A stretch of DNA of 52,490 bases from a virus (lineage: Duplodnaviria > Caudoviricetes), in IMG/VR virus record IMGVR_UViG_3300036785_000427, positions 1 to 52,490 of that record. One strand, given 5' to 3'. Made by a program: the position numbers and the translations under genes. Under the pieces are notes generated by a model. That model worked only from the letters and a program-made list of their open reading frames with translations, searched no databases and had not been told where the DNA came from. Positions 17,218 through 26,498 of this stretch are shown in pieces. Numbering within the stretch: position 1 is the stretch's first letter; each line of letters begins with the position of its first letter.

Positions 17218-18786
17218 TTATCCAATGTAGCAGGTAAAATTCCACTGGTACGGAACTTCTAAAACACCTAGATCTAATGCCTGTTTGAAAATATACATAA
17301 AGGGTAATGGAGGATATTTTACATAGCTAGTTTCGAGATCATTTATGTAAATTCCTGCTGGAGGTACAATTCCTGTCGGCATAGGTGTAATATCAGTACC
17401 TATATCCCAAGGAGGAACTTTTTCAAAACCCGGTTCAAATCCATTACATCCAAATTTATTTGGCAATGACCCTCCTGTTACGGTTCGTTCTCCTAAAACA
17501 AAGCGGATAGTGACATTTCTATATGTTCCTAATGTAACACTTATTTGTCGTGTATCAGCAATAAAAACATCTCCAAGCTCGACAATTTGATTAACAGGCT
17601 GTCTCCCTGTCATAGGATCTATTGCATAATCTGTAGATGTCCCATCTTTATTATACAGAAACCGCCACACACGGCGTTTCAAAAATTCCGTTGAAAAGTA
17701 ATTTCCATCTGCCTTAAAGAAATGCCAAGTTATTATCCGACGGTAAATATCATCATTAGTCAAATAAACATTGAAAGGACCATAAAGACCTATCTCATTT
17801 AAGCCAAATTCAGCTTCTATTGCAGCAGCTCTTATCTGTAAATAGGTAGGTTGGATTGTGGTTAATGGTGGATCATTTCCCTGTGGTGCATTCCATAAAA
17901 TCTTATCACCTTGCTGGATAGTAAGTCCACTTATTCCAGGGAGACCAGATGGTGCAGTTTCTGGTATTGCTGGATTAGCAGTGACTGCATTCCAATAATA
18001 ACCGTTAAAGGGAAAAGTATCCGTTGGAGTTAGATTAGGAGTATTGGCTGCAACGTGCCAGTTCCCTTCAAACGAAACTAAAGCATTAAAATCCCACATT
18101 GGGACAAGCCAGTTACATCCATACGTGTTCAAAGGTCCCATCAAACTCGGCACACCACTTCCTAAGGAGGGCCGAGTTATTCCATACAAACCGCGAGCAA
18201 CCCAATCTAAAAGTTTATCAGATACTATTGGACCAGTATAAATTGGAAGATTAAGAGCATTGAATGTATCAACGAAATTCTGTTGCTGTATATTTTGAGA
18301 ATCTACAAAACCTTGACAATCATCATCGTCAGTATATTGTTGGTATAAGTATGACGGAATTACCGTCGTTAATCCTGTCACACTTCCCGGTGGAAATGCT
18401 TGTGTTCCAACTTCTGCAGCTACTCCGGGAGTATCAGAACCCGGCTGACCGGGAACAATAGTCGGAGGATATTGGACTACTAATGTCGTAGTAAAAAAGG
18501 CTGTGAATTGGTGACCGGCAGAAGCAGCACTCACCCAAACATTTACTTCTGGAGGAACAAGAAATGTTTGACCAGGAACAATTTCAACAGTCCCAGGTAT
18601 AGCTTGAGGTAAAGTTGGTCCAAATAGACTAACAAATAAAGATTCAGCAATCCCAAGTCCTTGATCATTACTATCTTTTGGATTAGTAATAACCCCACCA
18701 CGGACACCAATTGTATTATCAGCAACTTGAACTGAAACACCAGCTTCTTCAACTACAGATGTAAATCCAGGCTGAAGAACAATCAT
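17218..18786 (-). CDS. Baseplate wedge protein (gpI/gp48-like position) with N-terminal accessory domain
   Basis: Follows baseplate J; PSYLYQQY.DD, LLDWVARGLYG..RP, DDIYRRIITW. Confidence 0.7.
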   Translation of the reverse strand: MIVLQPGFTSVVEEAGVSVQVADNTIGVRGGVITNPKDSNDQGLGIAESLFVSLFGPTLPQAIPGTVEIVPGQTFLVPPEVNVWVSAASAGHQFTAFFTTTLVVQYPPTIVPGQPGSDTPGVAAEVGTQAFPPGSVTGLTTVIPSYLYQQYTDDDDCQGFVDSQNIQQQNFVDTFNALNLPIYTGPIVSDKLLDWVARGLYGITRPSLGSGVPSLMGPLNTYGCNWLVPMWDFNALVSFEGNWHVAANTPNLTPTDTFPFNGYYWNAVTANPAIPETAPSGLPGISGLTIQQGDKILWNAPQGNDPPLTTIQPTYLQIRAAAIEAEFGLNEIGLYGPFNVYLTNDDIYRRIITWHFFKADGNYFSTEFLKRRVWRFLYNKDGTSTDYAIDPMTGRQPVNQIVELGDVFIADTRQISVTLGTYRNVTIRFVLGERTVTGGSLPNKFGCNGFEPGFEKVPPWDIGTDITPMPTGIVPPAGIYINDLETSYVKYPPLPFMYIFKQALDLGVLEVPYQWNFTCYIG

Positions 18787-20228
18787 TACGGTCCACCCTT
18801 CAATACCTGGACCGTACCATTTTCTGTATAGAAATAACTATATGGATCACCAAAAATAACCTGTGTTCCGAGAACTGGAGTCACGCCAATCCCATTTATA
18901 GTGATCACCCACTCTATATCTATAATATATTCTCCTATTAGAACTGTAGAAACTGCATCTAGAAAAACTTTATTCAGAACATTTAGATTGATCGGAGTTG
19001 TTCCTGCGGGTAATGAGTTAATATAGTCAACAATCTCTGGAACTGCTGCTTGAGCAATGGCGTCTGGTGATACAAAATTTGGTGAATCTGTTCGCCACGT
19101 TAGGACAATAGCAACTTGTTCTTGTGGTGGAATAACATATGGAATAAGATATGAATCTGGAAAATCAGCTATCGTGATATATGCATTAATTGGATTAGGA
19201 GTTATTGTTCCTCCATACGCATATGGTCCCCATGGTGTGCCATCGACATTGATTGTAAATACCTTATCTTTATTAGGATCAGAGTTATCAAGTCTAGTCA
19301 CTGTAACTTGTTGACCATTGATAAGACTCATTCCAACCACATCCACAATCGTTATAATATCCCCAGTCGAAAGATTATGATTATTGGCCGTGGTAATTCT
19401 TATAGGATTTGTATTAGTCATTCCATCAATTCGAATCGTGGCCCCAGAAAGACCAGGAACATAAAAATCTGATTGCCAGATGGCATAGGCAACTTGATAA
19501 GGATCACCTCCACCAACAATCACAACATATTGGTCACCCTCTGTTTGGACAGAAATCAGCCGGTTTTGAACACCAGGAATATTTCCCACTAATGTTTTCA
19601 GATATCTTCCCATTCCTGTAGACGCCGCAAGTCCCGCCGTAAAACATCTTTCACGAAAAATACTGATAGGTTCACCAGACATTGACGGGATACCGGCAAC
19701 AGGATTGGTGACAGTTAAGGGAATGCGAGCTGGGACAGAAGTTAGCATTTGAACAACTGTATTCGGTAAAACTTCCCATGAACCTGACACTGTAGCTAAG
19801 GCATAGATAGGAAGAGTATTCCCATCAAGACCACAAATCCCACCAGATTGACAAGTATACTGGTAAGTTCCATCACCAACAACAAATCCTTGAGCAAGAA
19901 CATAACCTGGAGGACCATTAAAAATTACATAGACTGAAGTATTTGTGATTGGTTGATGATCTACTCCATAGAGTATTCCAAGTTGGTTCAGTAGAAAAGC
20001 ATTCGCACCATACGGTGTAACCGAATTAACTAGATCTACAAGAAAACTATCACTCTCAACCAATGCAAATGTATCAGTGCTTGAAATATCCTCGATTAAA
20101 GAACCCGGCAGATTCGCAGTGTAGTCAGGATTGGTTGCTGCTACAAGCGCAATCAGCGCTGCCCGCAAATCTGCCGGAGCTGCCGGTTGAAGTCCTTGAT
20201 CAGTCATCACAAGTGGGAGAATAGCCAT
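18786..20228 (-). CDS. Baseplate J/gp47-like wedge protein
   Basis: N-terminal G.QP..P..LR..L, YTANLPGSLIEDI, DLVNSVTP; synteny. Confidence 0.8.
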   Translation of the reverse strand: MAILPLVMTDQGLQPAAPADLRAALIALVAATNPDYTANLPGSLIEDISSTDTFALVESDSFLVDLVNSVTPYGANAFLLNQLGILYGVDHQPITNTSVYVIFNGPPGYVLAQGFVVGDGTYQYTCQSGGICGLDGNTLPIYALATVSGSWEVLPNTVVQMLTSVPARIPLTVTNPVAGIPSMSGEPISIFRERCFTAGLAASTGMGRYLKTLVGNIPGVQNRLISVQTEGDQYVVIVGGGDPYQVAYAIWQSDFYVPGLSGATIRIDGMTNTNPIRITTANNHNLSTGDIITIVDVVGMSLINGQQVTVTRLDNSDPNKDKVFTINVDGTPWGPYAYGGTITPNPINAYITIADFPDSYLIPYVIPPQEQVAIVLTWRTDSPNFVSPDAIAQAAVPEIVDYINSLPAGTTPINLNVLNKVFLDAVSTVLIGEYIIDIEWVITINGIGVTPVLGTQVIFGDPYSYFYTENGTVQVLKGGP

Positions 20229-20645
20229 CTAGATTGGTTGCTCCGTAGGAAAGTCTGGTGCAACACGTACACCGATTCTAGCTCCATAATTTGTTAAGAC
20301 ATTGAGATAGTATCTAGGAGCAGGAGCTCCACCTTGTCCTGATGCGTAACTATCAGCGGTGCCTTGTTCTACCGGCAATGGAGTTAAGATCAATGATGCA
20401 AAATGGCCAGAAAATTGCTGCTGTGTTCGAGCCAGATAGAAATTAGGAAAAATCTGTGTCACGACAGACTCATGAGCTGGTATACCATAGTTAGCAAAAA
20501 AAGGGCTCTCACCCAAGTTTAATTTGCAAACTTGTGCAAGGTCTGTTAACCAGACTGAATCATTAAATCCATTGTAGTCGGTCGTAACGACCCACCATGT
20601 CTTCTTACCAGAACGAACGTCCTGAGTTCTACCGTAAGTTCTCAT
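20229..20645 (-). CDS. Baseplate/sheath initiator (gp25/W-like position)
   Basis: MRTYGR...LAQVCKLNLGESPFFANYGIP; lies between spike and J. Confidence 0.65.
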   Translation of the reverse strand: MRTYGRTQDVRSGKKTWWVVTTDYNGFNDSVWLTDLAQVCKLNLGESPFFANYGIPAHESVVTQIFPNFYLARTQQQFSGHFASLILTPLPVEQGTADSYASGQGGAPAPRYYLNVLTNYGARIGVRVAPDFPTEQPI

Positions 20646-21853
20646 CAGCCGATCTTTGCATACACGTTTGTACTTGGACCTTTTTGCGTCTGAACCAAAG
20701 CGAATTGGTCTTTTTGAGGATCACCACCTAAATAAACCTTTCCATCTTTAGGATTAATTATGATCACTTTCTGTCCACCTCCACCTGCACCTCCACCTGC
20801 ACCTCCACCTCCTAATGCACCACCTATCGCACTCCCTATCGCACCACCTATCGCACCTCCTGTTGAACCTCCTACTGCACCACCTATCGCACCTCCTATT
20901 GATCCTCCTAATCCACCACCACCCCCTCCACCACCCCCTCCACCAGCACCACCTCCACCAGCACCACCTTGTTGTTCCTTATCTTTAAGTTGGACATGTA
21001 TAGTTTGACTAGAATTAACAACTATGTCTTTATTCTTTGAACTTACAGTAATGTAATGATCATCATCCTTACTCTTCATCGTACACGTTCCGTCTTTATC
21101 AAAACTAATTTCTGTCTTATCCTTCTGTCCACCACCTCCTCCTAATGCGCCTCCTACTGCACTTATTACACCTCCTGCTGTACCTCCTACTGCACCTCCT
21201 ATTGCACCTATTATGCCTCCTAATGCACCACCACCTCCAGCCAATGGGGAAATAATAGGCCCTCCATTAGCTAAGATAGGTGACCTACGTTGCATTATCT
21301 GCAGATATAATCTTGCGGCTGGACTTGTACCACCTCCACCACCACTCCCGTTGCCACCACCACTCCCGTTGCCACCACCACTCCCGTTTTGACCACTCTG
21401 TTGTTCTTGCTGGTCCTCCATTACTTGAACTTTCCAGCCATTAGGACCACCAGTCTCGTGATGCTGGTCATAATCACGCGAGGGAGCATTCATATTACTA
21501 AGAGGCTGGTAAGTAAGAGTAGAAAGATTTCCACGTGGATAAAAGTTAGTTCTTCCTCCTGCAAAAGCTGTATTTCCTCCAAGGTAATAATTGCCGGGAA
21601 CAGCCATTCCCATATCACCAGCCTGAGTAGGTTCTCGACCAAATCTTGAAAATGACTGTGTCATTTTCATTACTGGTGGAGTAAAGATACTATTTGAAGT
21701 TTCAAATGCCATATGAGCAAAGTCTTTTTCCATTTTTTGAACGTGAGCCGGTATAGACTTTGCTTGCTGTTCCTGCTGATTATTACCTCTTCGACTATGC
21801 CACTTGTTCAGTGCATACTGGAACGGATTTTTATGTGCATCATATCTGCCCAT
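20645..21853 (-). CDS. Baseplate central spike protein with glycine-rich insertions
   Basis: OB-fold-like N-terminus (EPTQAGD.G, GNLSTL.Y.P), GPNG, C-terminal beta strands; synteny. Confidence 0.65.
   Translation of the reverse strand: MGRYDAHKNPFQYALNKWHSRRGNNQQEQQAKSIPAHVQKMEKDFAHMAFETSNSIFTPPVMKMTQSFSRFGREPTQAGDMGMAVPGNYYLGGNTAFAGGRTNFYPRGNLSTLTYQPLSNMNAPSRDYDQHHETGGPNGWKVQVMEDQQEQQSGQNGSGGGNGSGGGNGSGGGGGTSPAARLYLQIMQRRSPILANGGPIISPLAGGGGALGGIIGAIGGAVGGTAGGVISAVGGALGGGGGQKDKTEISFDKDGTCTMKSKDDDHYITVSSKNKDIVVNSSQTIHVQLKDKEQQGGAGGGGAGGGGGGGGGGGLGGSIGGAIGGAVGGSTGGAIGGAIGSAIGGALGGGGAGGGAGGGGQKVIIINPKDGKVYLGGDPQKDQFALVQTQKGPSTNVYAKIG
20775..21390 (-). repeat. Glycine-rich coding tandem repeats (GGA[I/V/L])n, (GGGNGS)n, poly-Gly
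   Basis: 12-bp GCACCACCTATC-type and 18-bp CCACCACTCCCGTTGCCA repeats on + strand. Confidence 0.85.
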
Positions 21854-21860
21854 TACATCC

Positions 21861-22382
21861 TCATGGATTTATTTCAAAAGCACCATTCCGGTACACCATT
21901 GTAGATCTTGTAAAGATCGTATCTACCATATTCAACAATCGACTAACTTTGCCTAGAACAACAACCATCCCTGGATCATGAGACATTGGAAATGAGAACA
22001 TAAGGTCATTAATGTGTAATGACCTAAACTTTCCATTATATGTAGGAGGTTGAAATCCTTCTAAGGTATAATCTATTATCGTACCGGGCTTAGTACCTGA
22101 TACAGAAATTGGAACTGGCCATAGACTTGGGTCTACAAGTTGCACGACTATAGAATTTAAGAAAGGATCATACACCGCACTTTGGACATTACGTGCAGGC
22201 GGACTAGAGAAAAGAGGGACAGTAATGATCCATGCTCCATCATGTTTTCTATAAATATTGATATAGTATCGTTGAGCTGAAACATTCCAAGTTATTCTAA
22301 CATCATGATCTACTCCATCCAATGTCGCAGGAATTGTAGGAGTTATTATATTTGAAGGAAGGAAAGGAATTATCGTGGTCAT
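21861..22382 (-). CDS. Small baseplate protein with inserted beta-domain
   Basis: TLDG......TWN...QRYYINIY motif; synteny. Confidence 0.65.
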   Translation of the reverse strand: MTTIIPFLPSNIITPTIPATLDGVDHDVRITWNVSAQRYYINIYRKHDGAWIITVPLFSSPPARNVQSAVYDPFLNSIVVQLVDPSLWPVPISVSGTKPGTIIDYTLEGFQPPTYNGKFRSLHINDLMFSFPMSHDPGMVVVLGKVSRLLNMVDTIFTRSTMVYRNGAFEINP

Positions 22383-23155
22383 TACGAAATACCACTGTAT
22401 GGAAAGTTTGAAGGATTAATATAAACCGGATAATTAGACATTGCTGGTGTTGATGGAGCTAATATAACAGAAGGAGTTCCAGCAGTAAGTCCTCCTACTA
22501 CTCTAACTGTTCTGGCTTGGGGGGCTTGTCCAGACTGCAATCCAGGACTAGTCCCAGACACACTCCCATCTGTCGGTAGTCCATTGGTTATTTTCTGTAG
22601 AAACTGATTCTGTGCACCTTGAAGTTCTGCAAGAGATACAAGTGGCTTTTCAAAATCAAATCTCCAAGCATTTTGTGGCAAAGAATTATTTCCTCGAGAA
22701 TTATCTGTTAACGCTACCATAATCAAATTATCGTACATATAAGCCGGAGTAGCGACAGTGTATGTACCTCCATCATTATTATGTTGATCAAGAGTTGCTT
22801 TCAATGCCGTGAACACACTCTGCTTAATTTGCCATGCATTTGGAGTTCGCATAGGTGCATCCATAATCACTGACAACGTAAGAGGTTCTCTGATCACAGC
22901 ATTAGCAGCAACACTTTGATTGGCAAACGGATACTTTCCTATTGTTTGAGAGACAAGATTCCCACCCGGTAAGATATTGAATGCTCCAAAAGCATCATCC
23001 AATTTGCCAATATCAAACGGCAGACCAAGATTATTGGTTTCTCCAGTTGCAAACAGACTTAGCATTGGTAACATACCGCCAGGAATCTGGCCAGCAACTC
23101 CACCAGTCAAAATAATTGGACAAACTTGATAAGATAGTTGAGCCTCAAAGGCCAT
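22382..23155 (-). CDS. Baseplate hub / tail tube initiator-like protein
   Basis: YPFANQSVAANAVI, LDQHNN.GGTY.VATPAY.Y, W.FDFEKPL; follows tape measure. Confidence 0.65.
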   Translation of the reverse strand: MAFEAQLSYQVCPIILTGGVAGQIPGGMLPMLSLFATGETNNLGLPFDIGKLDDAFGAFNILPGGNLVSQTIGKYPFANQSVAANAVIREPLTLSVIMDAPMRTPNAWQIKQSVFTALKATLDQHNNDGGTYTVATPAYMYDNLIMVALTDNSRGNNSLPQNAWRFDFEKPLVSLAELQGAQNQFLQKITNGLPTDGSVSGTSPGLQSGQAPQARTVRVVGGLTAGTPSVILAPSTPAMSNYPVYINPSNFPYSGIS

Positions 23156-25089
23156 TATCCCATTCCTGTTGCTGTTACATATGGATTAGAACCTGGAGTA
23201 TTACGTATTACTATTGAAGCTGTGCGATTAGATTGCCAATTGTTAGCATCTAATGGGCCTCCTCCTTTACCACCACCTCCTCCACCTCCTCCCGCACCTG
23301 TTCCATAGAATCCAAAAAGACCAGCCCATGTGGATCTTCCTTCTGGACTTGGAACCATTCCACCAGTTGCTCTTCCCCATGCACCAAGTTTATCAGCACC
23401 ACCTCCTGCTCCTGTCCCACCTACAAACATAGAACCTAGAGAATTTCCACCCATGAGAGAAAGATTACCCCCTGTTCCACCACCCATGAGAGAAAGATTA
23501 CCCCCTGTTCTACCACCCATGAGGGCAAGATTACCTCCCATTCCACTATTCATAAGGGAAAGATTACCTCCTCTCCCACCACCAGTAAGAGCAAGATTAT
23601 TACCTCCCACCCCACCACCAGTAAGAGCAAGATTATTACCTCCCACCATACCTCCAGTAAATTGCGATCTACCACCAACAGCCATATTAGAAAATTGATT
23701 AGTTCCTCCTATAGATCCTTGTGGACCTGGAGTAATCTGTAAAGGACGTATAGACGGAGATATTCTAGGAAACAGTCCTGGAATCGTTGGAGTTCCTGCT
23801 CCACCAGGAACTACTATAGGACCTGCTCCAGGAACTGGTGTCCCAGGAATTATAATATTTTGACCAGGAGTTGCTGGAACTCCTGGTGCACCAGGAGGCC
23901 CTCCTGCTGGTTGATTATTTCCTGTAAGTCCAGATATTCCTCTCCACAACATTCCTGCCGGGGTATATTTCCAAATAGTTTTCATAACATTCCATACTTT
24001 CCCCATAATATCCCCAACCCTTCTAGTAACTTCAACAAATCCAACTAAAGCATCTTTAAATTCCTTAAGCAAAGGAACCCATCCTTCGACAGTTTTACTG
24101 AATTTTTTCAGATCTTTTTCAAGCTGATTGCTTGCTAGATATTTACTTAATCGATTCAACCATGTTGTTAATTGCTTTACCATCCTTTCTACTATAGGCA
24201 TATTCATTAATGTTCTAACTAATTTCACAAGACTATTACTCAATTCACTAAGCGGTTTAGCAAGATCAGCTAATTTTTCACCAAATATACTTTCTATAGT
24301 AGTCTTAGCAGCCTTGAATTGCAGCTCTAAATCAGCCCATCCCTTTTGGGCTTTTTCGCTTAATTGCATCTCCTTTCCTTGTTGCTTTATCTTTTCTTCA
24401 AAATCTTTTAGTTCTTTGCGACTCATTGTTTTGAGTCGCATCATGTCCATATCGCTTAATCCTAAAGCACTACCGCCAAAAGCTCTTCCTACTGCCAATT
24501 CTGTACCGGGCGTTGCACCCTTTATCTTATCCTGTAATCTTTCTAAAATTTTAGGGAGAATATCCTCCGGCTTCATTTTAGTGCCAAATGGGATTCCTAA
24601 CGCCATGAGCGATCTTAATTGCTCTGGAGCTCCTCCTAATCCAGCTCGAATATTTTCAAGAGCACCTTGCGGAGAATCAAGAAATCCCCTACCAAATGTC
24701 GTTGCAGCTTGAGTTCTGCCGTAGTCACCTCCTAACCCTAACACCATCTTCCGTCTTTGTAGAATAGATGAAGCAAGTCTTTCTATACCAAACAATCCTC
24801 CCCCAAGACCTAGCATTGCTCCAATGCCACCGATAAGAGTAGACCATTTTATGAAATGTGTTGTGATACTTGCAACCGTAGTAGAAAGTGACTTAGTGGT
24901 TGACCACAAAGCTTTCATAGTAGAGGTAAGAGCATTAGATGCTGAAGTAGCTTTTTGGATATTTGCAGTAACTTGACTAAATTGTTGATTTAAACCTTTT
25001 ATTTGGGATGAAAAAGCATTGAATCTAGCAACAAATTGCTTGAACTGTGTATCATCTACTTTTACAGTAAGAGTAACTGATTTAGCCAT
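23155..25089 (-). CDS. Tape measure-like protein 2
   Basis: ~390-aa helical core with Gly-rich hydrophobic segment, Gly/Pro-rich linker, C-terminal IVIRNTPGSN. Confidence 0.7.
   Translation of the reverse strand: MAKSVTLTVKVDDTQFKQFVARFNAFSSQIKGLNQQFSQVTANIQKATSASNALTSTMKALWSTTKSLSTTVASITTHFIKWSTLIGGIGAMLGLGGGLFGIERLASSILQRRKMVLGLGGDYGRTQAATTFGRGFLDSPQGALENIRAGLGGAPEQLRSLMALGIPFGTKMKPEDILPKILERLQDKIKGATPGTELAVGRAFGGSALGLSDMDMMRLKTMSRKELKDFEEKIKQQGKEMQLSEKAQKGWADLELQFKAAKTTIESIFGEKLADLAKPLSELSNSLVKLVRTLMNMPIVERMVKQLTTWLNRLSKYLASNQLEKDLKKFSKTVEGWVPLLKEFKDALVGFVEVTRRVGDIMGKVWNVMKTIWKYTPAGMLWRGISGLTGNNQPAGGPPGAPGVPATPGQNIIIPGTPVPGAGPIVVPGGAGTPTIPGLFPRISPSIRPLQITPGPQGSIGGTNQFSNMAVGGRSQFTGGMVGGNNLALTGGGVGGNNLALTGGGRGGNLSLMNSGMGGNLALMGGRTGGNLSLMGGGTGGNLSLMGGNSLGSMFVGGTGAGGGADKLGAWGRATGGMVPSPEGRSTWAGLFGFYGTGAGGGGGGGGKGGGPLDANNWQSNRTASIVIRNTPGSNPYVTATGMG
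23440..23650 (-). repeat. 33-36 bp coding tandem repeat (GGN(N)L[AS]L[MT]GG..)
   Basis: About six imperfect copies, e.g. GAGAGAAAGATTACCCCCTGTTC repeated. Confidence 0.85.
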
Positions 25090-25091
25090 TG

Positions 25092-26498
25092 TTACTGACT
25101 TTGTACAGGGTCATTATTTGGATTCTGTACAACACTAGAATCTTGCACAGCATTTGATGTAGTACTTGGATCATCTGTACCGCCACCACCACTCCCGGGT
25201 TGTGCAAGACATTCAAAATTACTACTCCAACCAACACCATCCGGATTACGAAAATCACCAATGTGAAGAACTCTATATATTATGAATGTACCACTAAAAG
25301 AAGTATTTGTCTTCTGTTCAGGAGCAGTAGCTCCTGGAATTATAGCATTAGGTGTGAGACCTATAAGAGTTGGAGGTAATGTCACAGCCATCCCACAATG
25401 TAAATCCCCACGTAGAACAGTCTTAATACTTATCATATTGATATCTATCCACGTTGGCTGCCCAATAAGATCTACAGGAGCAATTACTCCTGCTCCTATA
25501 GAAGATGTGTCATCCCATACGTTGATAGTATTCGTATGTGCACTAAATTGAACACCGTGGTAATTCTTAATGCCATTGATAGACTGACTTAGTTTATTGA
25601 TATAACCAGCATATTGCTGAAGATTTTGATACATTCCAGCATCTTGGTATGGAAGTTTCAATGCACTTGAAATATTGACATTTGAAGCACCACTTGGAAA
25701 AGCTTTAGATAATGTGTCTTGAATAGCTCCTGATAGTGAATTATTCGGCAGTAAATTATGAATAAGATTTAACGGTGCCTGTAATCCATCAATACCACCA
25801 CCGAACAATGAACTAGCTAATCCACCAGCAAAAGTTGTTGCAGATCCAATAGCACCACTCCCTAATTGTCCAATATCTCCTATATCTGTGGGTGATACTA
25901 CAGGAGTATCTAATCCAAGAGGTGCTACTGCTCCACGTGCATATGGTCTACGATCAATAGATCGAAACCCAGTTCTCCTAACATGCATTCGCTGGCCACC
26001 ACCTCCCCCATTACCACCACCTCCGCCTTCTCCACCACCTCCACCCCCTCCACCCCCTCCACCCCCTCCACCACCATTACCTCCTCCACCCTCATCACCA
26101 CTGGAACTTGCTCCTGCAGGAACAAATGTCATGCCTATTGACATTTCAGTCCCAATCCAATTCCCCCAAGCCTTGATAATTTGTGCCTGCATCAATAAAC
26201 CAGCTTTAGGAGCTTGAGCAGTAGCAATCGGTAATCCTGGTCTCATCCCTCCTGTTATTATGATTGGTAATCCTATCAAGTACCCTGTATCTTTAATTTG
26301 TTGAAAAGTTACCCCATGAATAGTTAAAGTAGAATCTGAACTAGGAAGATTTGGTCTTAATTCTTCTATCTGAAATTCAACTTGCTGTGCCCCAGGATCA
26401 TAATGACCATTAAATTCTGTACCCCATTGTGCACCTCCATCATATCGAGGAGGAAATGATCCTGGTGCTCCTGCTATTACAATAGAGTAATATCTCAC
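25092..26498 (-). CDS. Baseplate hub protein (gp27/gp44-like)
   Basis: MRYY.I.I, GGM..GLP.A, AWGNWIGTE, DLIGQPTW, V.HIGDFR.PDG..W. Confidence 0.7.
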   Translation of the reverse strand: MRYYSIVIAGAPGSFPPRYDGGAQWGTEFNGHYDPGAQQVEFQIEELRPNLPSSDSTLTIHGVTFQQIKDTGYLIGLPIIITGGMRPGLPIATAQAPKAGLLMQAQIIKAWGNWIGTEMSIGMTFVPAGASSSGDEGGGGNGGGGGGGGGGGGGGGEGGGGGNGGGGGQRMHVRRTGFRSIDRRPYARGAVAPLGLDTPVVSPTDIGDIGQLGSGAIGSATTFAGGLASSLFGGGIDGLQAPLNLIHNLLPNNSLSGAIQDTLSKAFPSGASNVNISSALKLPYQDAGMYQNLQQYAGYINKLSQSINGIKNYHGVQFSAHTNTINVWDDTSSIGAGVIAPVDLIGQPTWIDINMISIKTVLRGDLHCGMAVTLPPTLIGLTPNAIIPGATAPEQKTNTSFSGTFIIYRVLHIGDFRNPDGVGWSSNFECLAQPGSGGGGTDDPSTTSNAVQDSSVVQNPNNDPVQSQ